Shown piece by piece: positions 11,481-24,992 of a stretch of 64,000 nucleotides of DNA. The notes under the pieces are model-generated. The model was given only the letters and a program-made list of their open reading frames with translations. It did not search any database and was not told where the DNA came from. Source of the stretch: Camelus dromedarius (lineage: Eukaryota); assembly GCF_036321535.1 (NCBI RefSeq), contig NC_087472.1, positions 96,226,001-96,290,000 of the forward strand, written 5' to 3'. The translations under genes and the position numbers were made by a program. Numbering within the stretch: position 1 is the stretch's first letter; each line of letters starts with the position of its first letter.

Positions 11481-13311
11481 AAAAGATACTCTATGCAAAT
11501 AGAAACCGGAAGCAAGTTGGGGTACCATACTTAGACAAAATAGACTATAAAATGAAGACTGTAGTAAGAGACAAAGGCATTACATAACCATCAAGGGGTC
11601 AATTGAACAAGAGGTTATAACATTTGCAAATATTTATTTCCCCAACATAGGAGCATGTACATATATTAACAGACCTACGAAAAGAAAGACGATAATACAA
11701 TAATAGTAGGGGACTTTACTACCCCTGTCATCGATGGATAGATCATGCAGACAGAAAGTCAGTAAGGACATTCAGCCTAAAATGACACATCAGATGAGGT
11801 TGATACAGAAAAGTCCATCCAACAGCAACAGAATACAGGTTCTTCTCAAGTGCACATGGAACCTTCTCCAGGATAGATCATGTGTTAGGTCACAAAAAAA
11901 AGTCTTGATAAATTTAAGACTGAAATCATATCAAAAACTTTTCTAATTACAATGGTATGAAACCAGAAATCAATTGAAACTGGAAAATTCACAAATGCAT
12001 GGAAATTAAACAGCATGTTACTGAACGACCAATGAATCAAAAGAAGATCTCCAAAGAAGTCAAAAATACCTTGAGACAAATAAAAATGAACGGCACAGGA
12101 AGCCTGAAGGAAGGAAATAAAGATCAGAACAGAAATGACACAGAGGCTAAAAAGACAGTCGATGAGATCAATGAAACTAAGAGCTGGTTCTCTGAAAACA
12201 AAGAAAATTGACAAACCTTAAGCTACACTCATCAAGGAAAAAAGAGGACTCAAATCAACAAAGTTAAAAGTCAAAAAGGCGACATGACAACTGATACCAC
12301 GGAACTACAAAGGATAAGAGACTATTATGAACAATTACACATCAACAAATTTGACCACTTGGAAGAAATGGATACATTCCTAGAAACATACAGCCTACTC
12401 AGACTGGATCATGAAGAAATGGAAAATCTCAGCAGACTGATTACTAGTAAGGAGATTGAGTCAGTGAATCAAAAACCTCCCATCAAAAGTCCGGAATCAG
12501 ATAGATGGCTTTACTGGTGAATTCTCTTAAACATTTAAACAATACCAGTCATCTTCAAAATCTTCCAGAAAAAAACAAAGAGGAAGGAACACCCCCAATC
12601 TCATTTTACGAGGCCTGCATTACCCTGACATCAAAGTGAGAAAAATGACAAGAATATTACATGGCAATGTCCCTGATGAACATAGAGGCAAAAGTCCTCA
12701 AAATATGAGCAACCAAATTCAACAACACATCAAGGGGATCATACAGCAAGGTCAAGTGCAATTTATTCTTGGGCTGCATGGTTCAACATCCACAAATCAA
12801 TGTGTTTACATCACTTGAAGAAAATAAACAATAAAAACCATATGCTTGCTTAACAGATGCAGAAAAAGCATTTGACATAACTCACCATCCATTTATGATA
12901 AAAACTCTCAACAAAATGGGCACAGAGAGAATATACCTCAATGTAATAAAGACGGTATAAGACCTGCTCACAGCTAACCTTATACTTAATGGTGAAAAGC
13001 TGAAAGCTTTTCCTCTAAGATCAGGACCACGATAAGGATGCCCACTCTCATCACTTCCTTTAACGTAGTATTGCAAGTCCTAGCCACAGTTAGGCAAGAA
13101 AAAAAACAAAAATGCACCCAGAGTGGAAAGGAAAAACTGCCACTATTTGTAGGTGACATATATAGGAAACCCTAAAGATTCCACACACACATAAAAGCTG
13201 TTAGAACTAATAAACAAATTCAGTAAAGTTGAAGGATACAAAGTCAATATACAGAAATTGTTGCATTTTTACACAGTATTAAAGACTATCAGGAAGAAAA
13301 GAATCCTATTT

Positions 13312-13709
13312 AGTCATTCTAAGTGAAGTCAGCCAGAAAGAGAAAGAAAAATACCATATGAAATCACTCATATGTGGAATCTAAGAACGAAAAAAAAAAA
13401 GATGAACTTAAATATAAATCAGAAACAGACTCACAGACACAGAATACAAACTAGTGGTTGCCCCAGGGGAGGGGGATAGGTAGGGACAGACTGGGAGTTA
13501 GAAATTTATAGATACTGACAGGTATACATAGAATAGATAAGTAAGTTTATAATGTACAGCACAGGGAAATATATTCAAGATCTTGTAGTAGCTCATGGTG
13601 AAAAAGAATATGAAAATGAATATATGTACATTCACGTATAACTGGAAAACTGCTGTACACCAGAAATTGACACAACATTGTAAACTGACCGTAACTCAAT
13701 AAAAAAAAG
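13312..13709 (+). mobile_element. 5'-truncated lineage-specific (camelid-like) L1 3' end
   Basis: Flanked by the direct repeat cctattta (~13305 and ~13711). Ends in AATAAA plus poly(A). Shares its 3' UTR with the copy at 22076-22330. Confidence 0.88.
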
Positions 13710-15009
13710 CCTATTTACAATTGCATCAACAAGAATAAAATACATAGGAATAAATTTTATCAAGCAGGTGAAAGACCTGTACACTGAAAACTGTAAGATG
13801 TTGGTGAAAGAAATTGAAGACACAAATAAATAGAAAGATATGCTGTGCCCATGGATTAAAAAAATATTGTCAAAATGTCCACAGCTACCCAAAGCAATCT
13901 ATAGATTCAGTGCAGTCCCTATCAAGATTCCAATGGCATTTTTCACAGAAATAGAACAGTCCTAAAACTCATACGGAACAACTGAAGATCCCAAATAGCC
14001 AAAGAAATCTTGAGAGAAGAAAAAACCAAAGCTGGAGACATCGTGTCCTCTAATTTCACACTATATTTGCAAAGTGATAGTAATCAAAACAGTACGGTGT
14101 TGGCATAAAAACAGACACATAGATCAGTGGAACAGAATAGGGAGCCCAGAAATAAACCCATGCGCATATGGTCAATGCTCAATTAATTTGTGACAAAGGA
14201 TCCAGGAATATACAATGGGGAAAAGACAGTCTCTTCAGTAATGGTGCTAGGAAAACTGAATAGCAACATGCAAAGAGAATGAAACTGGACCACATTTAAA
14301 CCAGACACAGAAAGCTAACTCAAAATGGATGAAGGAATTTAGCATAATACCTGAAACCATAAAAGTCCTAGAAGAAAACAGCTTGTAAGCTTCTTGACAT
14401 TGGTCTTGGCAATGAGTTTTTAGATTTGACACCAAAAGCAAAGGCATCAAAAGCAAAAACAAACAAGTGGGGCTGTAGCAAAGTACAAAGCTCCTGTACA
14501 GCAAAGGAAACCAACAAAATAAAAAGGCAACCTACCAAATGGGGGAAAACAGTTGTAAATCATATTTCTGATAAACGATTAATATCTACAATATATCTAA
14601 AAAACTCACACAACTCCTCAAAAAAAATCATTTATGATCCAGCAAAATGAGTTCACAGATACAGAGGACAGATTGGTGGTTGCCAAAGGCAGAGGGGTGG
14701 CGTGGGGTCCAAAATGTGTGAAGGGGGTCAAAGATACAAACTTACAATTGTAAGTCCTGGGAATGTAATGTGGAGTATGGTGGTAACAGTTAATAATACT
14801 CCTGCATATTTGAAAGTTACTGAGAGTAGATCTTGGAAGTTCTCATCACAGAAAAAAGAACTGTAACCATGTACCACGTATGGTCACAGATGTTAACTAC
14901 ACTTACTGTGATCATTTTGCCATCAATATCAAATCATTATGTTGTACACCTGAAACTAATATAGTGTTATATGTCACTTACACCTTAAAAATATACATAT
15001 GAACAGACT

Positions 15010-15110
15010 TTTCTCTCTCTTATTTACTGCTGTACCCTCAGGGTTTAGATTAATGCCTGAACCATACATACACAGCGTGCTGTCAGTAAATGTTTGTTGA
15101 CGCAATGAGT
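15010..15110 (+). mobile_element. L2 3'-end fragment
   Basis: 'tttactgctgtaccctcag...tgcctgaaccata...cagtaaatgtttgttgacgcaatga' resembles the L2 3' terminus. Confidence 0.6.
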
Positions 15111-15289
15111 CATTGGTCAGCTTTCAGATTCTCCATGCCAGGAAAGCCTTTCATAATGTTTCATAATAGACAAAACGGTTCTTTTCAACACCAATAATGG
15201 AAATACTTTACTCCATGCTAGCCAAAAAGACCCCAAACCCATCATGTACCTATATACACACACACACACACACACACAAATAATTATTT

Positions 15290-15640
15290 ATACAGACCAC
15301 ATTTTGTTTATTCATTCATCCACTGATGAGACATTTAGACTGTTTCCACCTTTGGTTATTGTGAATAACACTGCCATGAACACTGCTATACAAGTATCTG
15401 TTGAAGTCCCTGCTTTCAAGTCTTTTGGGTATACACCCAGAACGAGAATTGCTAAATCGTATAATTCTCTTTTTAATTTTTTTGAGGGAACTGCCACACT
15501 GTCTTCCAAAGTGTCTGCACCATTTTACATCCCCTCCGCCATGCACAGGGTTCTAATTTTCCTACAGCCTCTCCAGCATTTGCTGTTCTCTGTTCTTTTG
15601 GTTTTTGTTTTTTTTAAATAATAGCCATCCTAATGGCATT
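15290..15640 (-). mobile_element. Old L1 (L1MB-like) ORF2 C-terminus/3' UTR fragment
   Basis: Minus-strand ORF 15312..15509 (MEDSVAVPSKKLKRELYDLAILVLGVYPKDLK...MAVLFTITK) matches the L1 ORF2 C-terminus. Confidence 0.85.
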
Positions 15641-17199
15641 GCTAATTTTTAAGACTTCTGATAGAGGAAAGAAATAAAATTCAGCTTGTGGATCCGAATT
15701 AGATTTCCCACCTGTCTTTTTGACAATTTCAACGATTTATCATCCAACAGATGCTCAAGTAAAACATGAAATGCTTTTTCCTATGAAAGTGGCTAATGAC
15801 AGAGAGCTGGTCATGAGCACGGGCTCACTTCCTCGCTGGGCAGCCTTGGGCACGTTCATTTACCTGTCAGCCACTTGCTGGGGTTGTTGAGAAAATTAAA
15901 TTGTTTCATAGTTAAAACAGCCCCCTCTTTTTTTTAAAACCAATGACTGCCACCCAGGCATGTGCCAGGCACTGCTAAAAGGTGCGTTGTTTACGGATTC
16001 GCCCAGAACTGAAACCTTCTCGGTGAGTCCCATCTTGATTACCAGGGGTCCAAACCAGTTCTAACTAGGATTTCTTTGTTTAGTTTCTTTGCCAGATTTG
16101 CCAGAATATATCTGAAAGACTGAAACCCTTAAACGCACTTGTCAAGACATTTACTGCCTCATTAGATGTTAAGAACTTCTTAAAAGGGAAAATATTGTAG
16201 GAGGGGAAATAGAAAATCTCTTTCATATGGACACACAAATAGGATTATTTTCTTGGTAGAAAACTTTATAAATGGAAACTTCTTAATACAGTAGTAAGAC
16301 TGAATTTAAATACCTTTTCTCCTCGAAAATGCCATGCCATGGTCTTAATTATTTGTTACATTTCTAAAGTGCTTTTCTTCCCAGGAAGCTCATTACAAGC
16401 TGTCTCCTGACCTGATTCAGTTTAACTCCTTTGCAGGGGAACCACCCTTCAAAACGCACCGGAAACAGATCAGAGAGCTTGCAAATCAAGACCCAGAATT
16501 GTTTTGCAAGGGTATCGCATTTTATGAAGTGTGACACCGTTGCTTATCATTCAGGATTCAAATTATTTCAATCCCTTAGGTAAAATATTCACTTTTGGGC
16601 TTGAGTCAAACTATAGTGGACAAGTTGTAGATTCCTGAGAAAGTGGGCTTCTAATGGAAATGCTGACAAGCCACGAACAGCAGGAAGGCTAATGGCTGCC
16701 ACTGAAAATCCACTTACAGGTTACGGTAATAGAAACACATATTTTCAAGTGCCAGCTAGAAGTTCAAGGATTTATTTTTTATGTTGCTGTTAATAATAGG
16801 CTGCCCTATACTTTTGGCGTTTGATTTTGTCTCATAAATGGGCTTAATCCAAGTTAATGCTGTTGCACTACAGCATTTTTCTTCTGCTTGATTTTGAGAG
16901 GTTTGGATGTCCCTTGGCAGAATTATCAGTGCCATTCATTAAAGGTGAATAATCGGTGTATTCGTAATATCGTGCAATTTTGAATCTAGAAAGGATGACA
17001 GCGATCAGCAGATCGTCTCCACTCTATCTGCTGGAGGGGGGTTGAGATCTCAAAAGTCACGAGCTAGAGTTTAAAACGGGAAACTGAGCGTCAGGGGGAA
17101 GTGACGGTGTGCCTGAGGCCTCAGTGTTTTCTTACCTGTGCTATTACGACGCCCTTTGGCCTCATTTCCTTGCCTGTCATCTTTCCTTCTTCCTACCAT

Positions 17200-17738
17200 G
17201 TTTTTTTATGATAAAAGTAATAGGTTCATGACAGAACTATTAGAAAGTAAATCATAAAAGGAAACTAAAAATCACCTGTAGCCTCATCACCCGGAGTCGT
17301 CACTGGTACTGTTTTGGGGGTACTGCCTGCCTTTTTTCCATCTACATGTACACACTTCCTTTCATAAAACTGGGTCATGCAGAACAGACTATCTTAAAAT
17401 CATTTTTGGTTTGCGATAGCTCTTGAACATTTTCTCACATTATTGAGCGTTCTTTAAGGACTTGATTTTCAGCAGCTACTCACTTTATCATCTCAGAGTT
17501 GTTCAAGCGTTCTTTAACCAACTTAGGGAGTTGGCGTTTTGTCAGGTGACACTGCTGTGACTATCCAGGTACACCGATTTACATCTGATTATCTTAGGAA
17601 GACGAGTTTTGGGACCTACTGCCCAGGTACCCCTCCGAAAGGCACTACCCATTTTACCCTTGCACCAGCAGTAACAGCAGTGTGGTCTTTTTCCTGAGAC
17701 TTCGCCAACACCAGCCATTACAAATTTAAAAAAAAAAT
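17200..17738 (-). mobile_element. Ancient L1ME-like fragment, left half (split by the 17739-25820 L1)
   Basis: Ends 'cgccaacaccagccattacaaatttaaaaaa' and continues seamlessly at ~25846 with 'aaaaaatctttagcaatttgata...ttttgcatttgtttgattattag'. Confidence 0.65.
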
Positions 17739-17849
17739 GGGAGAGTGACGTCACCAAGATGCCAACATAGGGCATTCCTCACTTCATTCTCTCTCACAAG
17801 AAGGACTAACAGCTCTTCAAAGAGAAGACAGCACTGAGAGAATGCAAAC

Positions 17850-18830
17850 ACGGGGGCGAGGCTGAAGCACCTCCTGAACCTCGGAGACCAAGGCAGGAGG
17901 CATCAGAAGGATAAGGGCGGCGACACGCTCGCCACATGGCGCCTCCCCCCCCCCCCCCCGCCCCGGGCCAGCGCAGCACCAACGCCAAACGCTCTCCCGC
18001 CGGGGCCTGGGCCCCGCAGTGGGAAGAGCCCCCCGTGAACGTCCAGCTCCCCCAGCGCTGTGGGTTCCCTCCTGGGAGCCCCCACTCCGGTCTCTATCAC
18101 GGACACTGCAGCAGAAATGTGAAGGGCTTAACCATTGGGCACCTCCTCATGCAGGGGAGGGGGGGAGCTGCCACACCCAGCCCTGTGGTCCGGGCGCCCG
18201 GGCTCCCCCCGCAGGGCCCGGCCAGGCGCTCCGCTCACCCGCAGAGCCACGTCACTGGTGCGCTCTGGTCTGGGAGCTCGGTGCGGTCCCGGCCTCACAC
18301 ACATGTCCGGCCCTGGAGCTTGCTCTGTCCCCACTGACGCAGGGGGCTGAGCGGCAGCCCCTCCTCGCTGCTGAGCGACGGCCCAGCTCCGTCTGATCAG
18401 AAAGGCTGGCAAGAACATCCAGAAGCGGCACGAGCAGCAGTGCTGGAGCAAAGCGCGCAGGCAGGGCGGGTCCCGGCGAAGCCAGTGCCGCGTGTGGGGC
18501 CGGGCCCGCCGCTGCCCAAGCAGGGGCGCGGACGCACAGCTTCCTCCCCCGCCGGCTGCAGCTCCCAGCCCCACCTGAGCAGAGGCCTGACTGGAAGGAC
18601 CGCCAGCGCGCGTGGAACCGGCCCCGCTGTGCCGCCCAGGCAGGGTACCGAGTCTCAGCCCCACCCACTGCTCAGCCCAGCGCCCAGCACCGCCCAGAGA
18701 GCCCGGCCGGGACACCTGGAAAGCTGCACGGCCCGGCAACGCTTGAGCGGAGAGTCCCGCGGGCAGAGCTGACAGGCTGCAGAGCGAAGCCAGTGGCTCT
18801 CTTCAGCTAGGGAACGTGGGGTGCCGGTCA
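17850..18830 (+). promoter_or_regulatory. CpG-island-like L1 5' UTR (internal promoter region)
   Basis: About 1 kb of very GC- and CpG-dense sequence with GC boxes (GGGCGG), a C15 run at ~17945-17959 and a TGACGTCA CRE just upstream at ~17746. Confidence 0.6.
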
Positions 18831-21800
18831 GCTTGGATCAAGACCACAAACAAAGAGCCCTTCTGACCTTGAGTCAGGTTCCCTTCCCAGGCACAGCAGG
18901 AGAACTCTTTCACAGCCCCGCCCATCGCTGGATACAGCTTCCAGCCCACCTGGACATCTAACCAGAACCCACGGGAAGCCGCATAGCGCATCCAACAGCC
19001 CTGCTTACTGCCGCACTTGAACAGAGAACAACGCTGGTGGCCCTGTCTGGCCAGGGAACTCAGTACACAGTCTTGCCTGACTCAGGTCCCCGAACACAGC
19101 CATTCAGGCCCTGGGGCCCGTTCTGCTGCCCCACCAGGGAAGAGAAGCTAATTCATAGCTCCACCTACTGCTGAGTATAGGACCCAGTCCCAAGCATCCA
19201 GTAAGCCTGACCAGAAAATCCAGGAAACTGTGGAACCTAACCTACAGCCTCACTTGGCCAAGGAACCAAACCAGCAGTCCTAGCCAACTGTTTTCAGCCA
19301 GCAGCAGCACCCCCAACCTTACAACCTTAGAACTTGGGCAATGGCTTCACCCCGAAATAAAACCTGACAGCAAACCATGCCAGCGCAATGATGTTACCAG
19401 CAAACACGTCCAGAAAGCCAAACTGAGCTGACTGGTTTAGAACTCGCTCTGCCAAAGGAAATACTTGAAGTCTGGAAGACAAGACAGCTTACTCAAATGT
19501 GCATGTACCAACATAAGGAATCGAGGACCATGAAACATCTGGTTGATAATGACAGCAAAGGAAACTAATAAAGCTTTAACAGCTGACCCTGAAGGAATAG
19601 ACAACTGTGAACTTTCAGATAAATAATTCAGAATAATCCTCGTAAGTTTAGTGAACTACAAGAACACACAACTCAACAAAATTAGGAAAACCATGCATGA
19701 ACAAAATGAGAAAAATCAAAGAAATAGAAACCACCAAAAAACAAACAAACAAACAAAAAAAAAACCCCCAACACCCAAACAGAAATCCTAGAGCTGAAAA
19801 TACAATGACTGAACTGAAGAAGTCAACGGAGAGCTCCAAAAGCAGACTCAACTATGCAGAAGAAACAATCAGTGACTTAGAAGTAAAGACATTTGAAATT
19901 ACCCAGTCAGGGCCCACCCCCCAGAAAAAAGAATGAAGAAGAGTAAAGAAAGCCTATGGTACTTACGGGACACACTATGTGCATTATGGGAATATTATGG
20001 GAATTCCAGAAGGAGAAGGGAAAGAGACAAAGTATTTAAACCAATCATCACTGGAAAACTTCACACAACTGGGGAGAGAAATGGATATCCAGATCCATAA
20101 GGCACAGAGGACCCCAAGTAGGTTAAACCTGAGTAGGGCTACACTGAGACACTTTATAATTAAATTGTCAAAAGTCATAGGCAAAGAATTTTGAAAGCAG
20201 CAAGAGAAAAGAGAAAAAATGATATACACTGGAACCTTTATAAGACTTTTGGTAGATTTCTCAACAGAAACGTTCACACCAGGAGGGAATGGAATACTAT
20301 ATTCACAATATTGGGAAGAAACCCTCAACCAAGAGTTCTGTACCTGGAAAAGCTGTCCTTCAGAAATGAACAAGAGATAAGGACATTCCTGAAGGAACAA
20401 CACCTGAGGGAGTTCATCGTCACTAGACCTAGACCTGTGTTACAAGAAATGCTAAAGGGACTTCTTTGAGTGAAAGGAACTAATTACCATCATAGAAACA
20501 TGGGAAGGTAACATAAAACTCACTGGTAATGGTAAATATGTAATAATGGTAAATATATAGTTAAAGTTAGATTCTGTAGTGTGGTAATGATGGTATATAA
20601 TTCAGTTACAGCTCTAGGTTAAATGTTAGAAAACATAGTAAAAATAATCATAACTACAATAATCTGATATTGGTTACACAATACTAAAAAAAAAAAAAAT
20701 CAACTGTCCAACAACAATAACCTAAAATGTGATGGGGAGGACAAGCAAAAGTTTAGGAATTCTATTGAACTTAAGTTACCATCAGTTTATAATAGGATGT
20801 TGTGATTTTAATATAGTCTATGTAAGCCTCATGGTAATGATAAGGCAAAAATCTGTACTAATTACATAAAAGAACATGATACAGTTGTCAAAGTACACTG
20901 ATACCCAAAGATGTCAAAACATACCCAAAAAAGACAGCAGGATAAAACAAGGAATAGTGGATCTACAGAACAGCCAGAAAACAATGAACAAAATGGCAAT
21001 AGTAAGACTGTATCTATCAATAATTACTTTTAACATAAAAGGATTAGGTTCTCAAATCAAAAGACACAGAATGGATAAATGGATAAAAACCAAGATCTAA
21101 CAATATGTTGCCCTCAATAGACTCACTTTAGCCTTAAAGACACACATAGACTGAGAATGAAGGGATGGGAAAAGCAAGTGGTATGTTTTTAAAAGGCAGG
21201 GGTAGCTGTACTTACATGAGACAAAACAGACTTTATACTAAAAGTGGTAGAAAGAGACAAAGAATGTCATCATATAATGACAAAGGGGTTAATCCAAAGA
21301 CAGAACAATTGTAAATATGTATGCATCCAACATCAGAGCACCCAAATACATAAAATGGAGCTAAAATGAGACATAAACAGCAGAACAATAGTTGGGGACT
21401 TGAATATCCCTCTCTCAACAATGGATAGGTCATCCAGACAGAATCAATAAGGAAATAGTGGATCTGAACAACATTATAGATCGACTGAACCTAACAGACA
21501 CATACAGAATATTCTATCCAACAGCAGCAGAATACACACTCTTGAGTGCATATGGAACATTGTATAGAACAGACCATACGTTAGGCCACAAAAACAAATC
21601 TAAGCAAACTGAAGAATATTGAAATCATACCAAGTATCTTTTCTGACCACAATGATATGAAACTAGGTATCAGTAACAGGAAGAAAACTAGAAAAATTCA
21701 CAAACACATGAAATTAAACAACACCCTGAACAACCTATAGATCAAAGAAGAAATGAAATGAGAAATAAAGTATCTAGAGACAAATGAAAATGGAAATAAA

Positions 21801-22075
21801 ACATACTAAAACTTATGAGATACAGCAAAAGCAATTCTAAGAAGGAAGTTCATAGCAATAATTGCCTCCATTAAGAAACAAAACAGGTCTCAAACCAAAG
21901 TTAGCAGCAGGGAGGAGATAATAAAGATTAAAGCAGAAATAAATGAGACAGAAACAGACAATGGAAAAGTTTAACAAAATTTAAGAGTTGTTCTTAGAAA
22001 AGAAACAAGATTGTCAGACCTTTAGCTAGACTCGCTAAGAAACAAAGAGAGAAGACTCAAATAAAAAAAAAAATT

Positions 22076-22330
22076 GGGGTGGGGGGTGGGAAGGAACAGA
22101 CTGGGATTTCAAAATTTGTAGATACTGACAGGCATATGCAGAATAGATAAACAAGATTATACTGTATAGCACAGGGAAATATATACAAGATCTAGTGGTA
22201 GCTCACAGTGAAAAAGAATGTGACAATGAATATGTGTATGTTCGTGTATAACTGAAAAATTGTGCTCTACACTGGAATTTGACACAACATTGTAAAATGA
22301 CTATAACTCAATAAAAAGTGTTATAAAAAA
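22076..22330 (+). mobile_element. 5'-truncated camelid-like L1 3' end inserted in the host ORF2
   Basis: Reads 'gggtgggaaggaacagactgggatttcaaaatttgtagatactgacagg...ctataactcaataaaaa'. Flanked by aaaaaatt on both sides, and host ORF2 resumes at 'acaaatgaaaaaggagacattac'. Confidence 0.88.
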
Positions 22331-23100
22331 TTACAAATGAAAAAGGAGACATTACAGGTGATACCACAGAAATACAAAAGGATCATAAGAGGCTACTATG
22401 GACAACAATACACCAACAAACTGGACAACCTAGAATAAATGGAATCGTTCCTAGAAACATATAACCTAACAATGCTGAATCAAGAAGAAATAGAAAATGT
22501 GAACAGACCACTTACTATTAATGAGATAGAATCATTAATCAAAAATCTCCCAGTGAAGAAAAGCCCAGGACTAGATGGCTTCACTGGAGAATTTTAACAA
22601 ACATTTAAAAAAGAATTAATGCCAATCCTTCTCAAACTCTTCCAACAAATTGAGGAGGAGGGAAAGCTTCCAAACTCGTTTTACAAGGCCAGCATTAAGC
22701 TGGTACCAGACAGAAAAGGACACATTCAGAAAAGAAAACTACAAGCCAATATCCCTGATGAATATAGGTGCAAAAATTCTCAGTAAAATGCTAGCAAATT
22801 GAATTCAGCAGCACATAAAAAAGATCATTCACCATGATCAAGTGGGATTTATTCTTGGGATACAAGGATAGTCAAGACATAAATCCATCGATGTGATATA
22901 TCACATTTAATAGAATAAAAGAAAAAATAGATCATCCCAGTAGATGCAGAAAAAGGATTTGACAAAATTTAACAAATATATATGATAAAACCTCTTAACA
23001 AACTAGGTATAGAAGGAATGTACCACAACATAATAAAGGCCAAATATGACAATCCCACAGCTAACATCATACTCAATGGTAAAAGGTTAAAAGCTGAAAG

Positions 23101-23378
23101 CTCTAGAATAGGCAATTCATAGAGATACAAAATAGAAGAGAGGTAACCAGGGGCTGGGAGAGCAGGAAGTGGTGCATTATCACTTAATGGGTACAGAGTT
23201 ACTGTTTGGGGTGATGAAAACGTTTTAGAAACAGATAGTGGTAATGGTTGCACAACATCATAAATGTCATTAATGCTACTGATTTGTACACTCTAAAAAT
23301 GGTTAAAATGGCCGATTTTATGTTACATATATTTTACCACAACAAAAAAAGTTCTGAAAAGAGAAAAAAAAAAAAAAA
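23101..23378 (+). mobile_element. L1MB-like 3' end with A-tail inserted in the host RT region
   Basis: Reads 'taatgggtacagagttactgtttggggtgatgaaaacg...atatattttaccacaacaaaaaa'. It interrupts host 'aagctgaaagct...cctctaagatccggaacaagac'. Confidence 0.8.
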
Positions 23379-24992
23379 GATCCTCTAAGATCCGGAACAA
23401 GACAAGGCTGCCCACTCTCATCTTTCCTATTCACCATAGTATTGAAAATCCTAGCCAGACCAAGCAGGAAAAAAAAGGAAATAAGTATTAGAATTGGAAA
23501 GGAAGAAGTAAAATAGTCTTCATTTGCAGGTGACATGATTTTATATATAGAAAATTCTAGAACTCCATCAATAAACTGTTAGATCTAATTAATTCAGTAA
23601 AGTTGAGGATACAAAATTAACATACAAAACTCAGTAGCATTTCTGCACACTGAGAATGAATTATCTGAAAACAAAATTGAAATTATCCTACCTACAACAG
23701 CATCAAAAACAATACAATACTTAATAAATGTAACCAAGGAGGTGAAAGATCTCTATACTGAAAATTACAAGACATTGATGAAAGAAATCAAAGATACCAA
23801 TAAATGGAAAAATATCCCATGTTCATGGATTATAAGAATATTGTTAAAATGTCCATACTACCCAAAGCCATCTATAGATTCAGTGCAATTCCCATCAAGA
23901 TTCCAATGGCATTTTTTTACATAAATAGAAAAAAACAGTCCAAAAATTTATATCAAACCACATAAGACCCTGGACAGCCAAAGCAATCTTGAGAAAAAAG
24001 AACAAAGTGGGAGGCATCACATTTCTTGCTTTCAAGCTATACTACAAGGCTATAGTAGTCAAGATAGTATGGTAGTGACAATAAAAACAGACACGTAGGC
24101 CAACTGAACAGAATTGAGAGCCCACAAGTAAACTCATGCAAAGGAGCCAAGAATACTCAATGGAGCAAAGAGTGTATCTTCAATAAATGGTGCTGGAAAA
24201 TTGGATATTCACATGTCAAAGAATGGAAGTAGACACCTATCCAACTCCACCCACAAAAATTAACTCGAAATGGATGAAAGATTTCAATGTGACCACAAAC
24301 CATAAAATTCCTAATAGAGAACATAGGAGAAAAGCTCTTTGACAGGGGTCTTGGAAATGATTTTTTGGGTATGACACCTAAAGCACAAGCAACAAAATAA
24401 ATCAGACTATGTCAAACTAAAAAGCTTCTGTAGCAACAGAAAACAGTCCACAAAATTAAAAGGCAGCCTACAAAAAAGGGAAAAAATATTTGCAAACCAT
24501 ATGTCTGATAAAGGGTTAACATCCAAAATATATAAAGAACTCATACAACTGAATAGTTGAAAACCAAATAATCCAATTTTAAAAGGAGCAAAGTACCTGC
24601 ATAGACATTTTTCCAAAGAAGATAGTTTTTTTTTTTTACACAAATAGAAAAATAAGTCCTAAAATTTATATGGAACAACAGAAGACCCCAGACAGCCAAA
24701 GCAATCTTGAGAAAGAAGAACAAAGTGGGAGATACCACACTTCACAAGTATATGAAAAGATGTTCAACATCACTAGTCAACAGGGAAATGCAAATCAAAG
24801 CTACTGTGAGATAGTACCTCATGCCTGTTAGAATGGCTAGCATTTAAAAGACAAGAGATAACAAATGCTGGCAAGTATGTAGAGAAAATTGAACCTTTGT
24901 GCACTGTTGGTGGGAATGTCAACTGGTACAGCCACTATGGAAAACATGAAGGTTTCTTAAAAAATTCAAAATGTGATTCAGCAATTCCATTT

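Larger units (their letters stand above)
9277..14990 (+). mobile_element. Degenerate LINE-1 (5' UTR, ORF1, ORF2 with internal deletions, L1MA-like 3' UTR) carrying two younger L1 insertions
   Basis: ORF1-like peptide 10304..10543 (EDSLRDLWDN...AENLFEEIMAENFPNL). ORF2-like peptide 12284..12520 (TTDTTELQRIRDYYEQL...EEMDTFLETYSL). RT region ~12840-13160. 3' UTR 14645-14990. Confidence 0.9.

Noticed and set aside
17806..18991. Overlapping 110-203 aa ORFs in the GC-rich block as a first coding exon
   Set aside because: They fall in the L1 5' UTR. High GC suppresses stop codons in all frames, and I recognise no protein.
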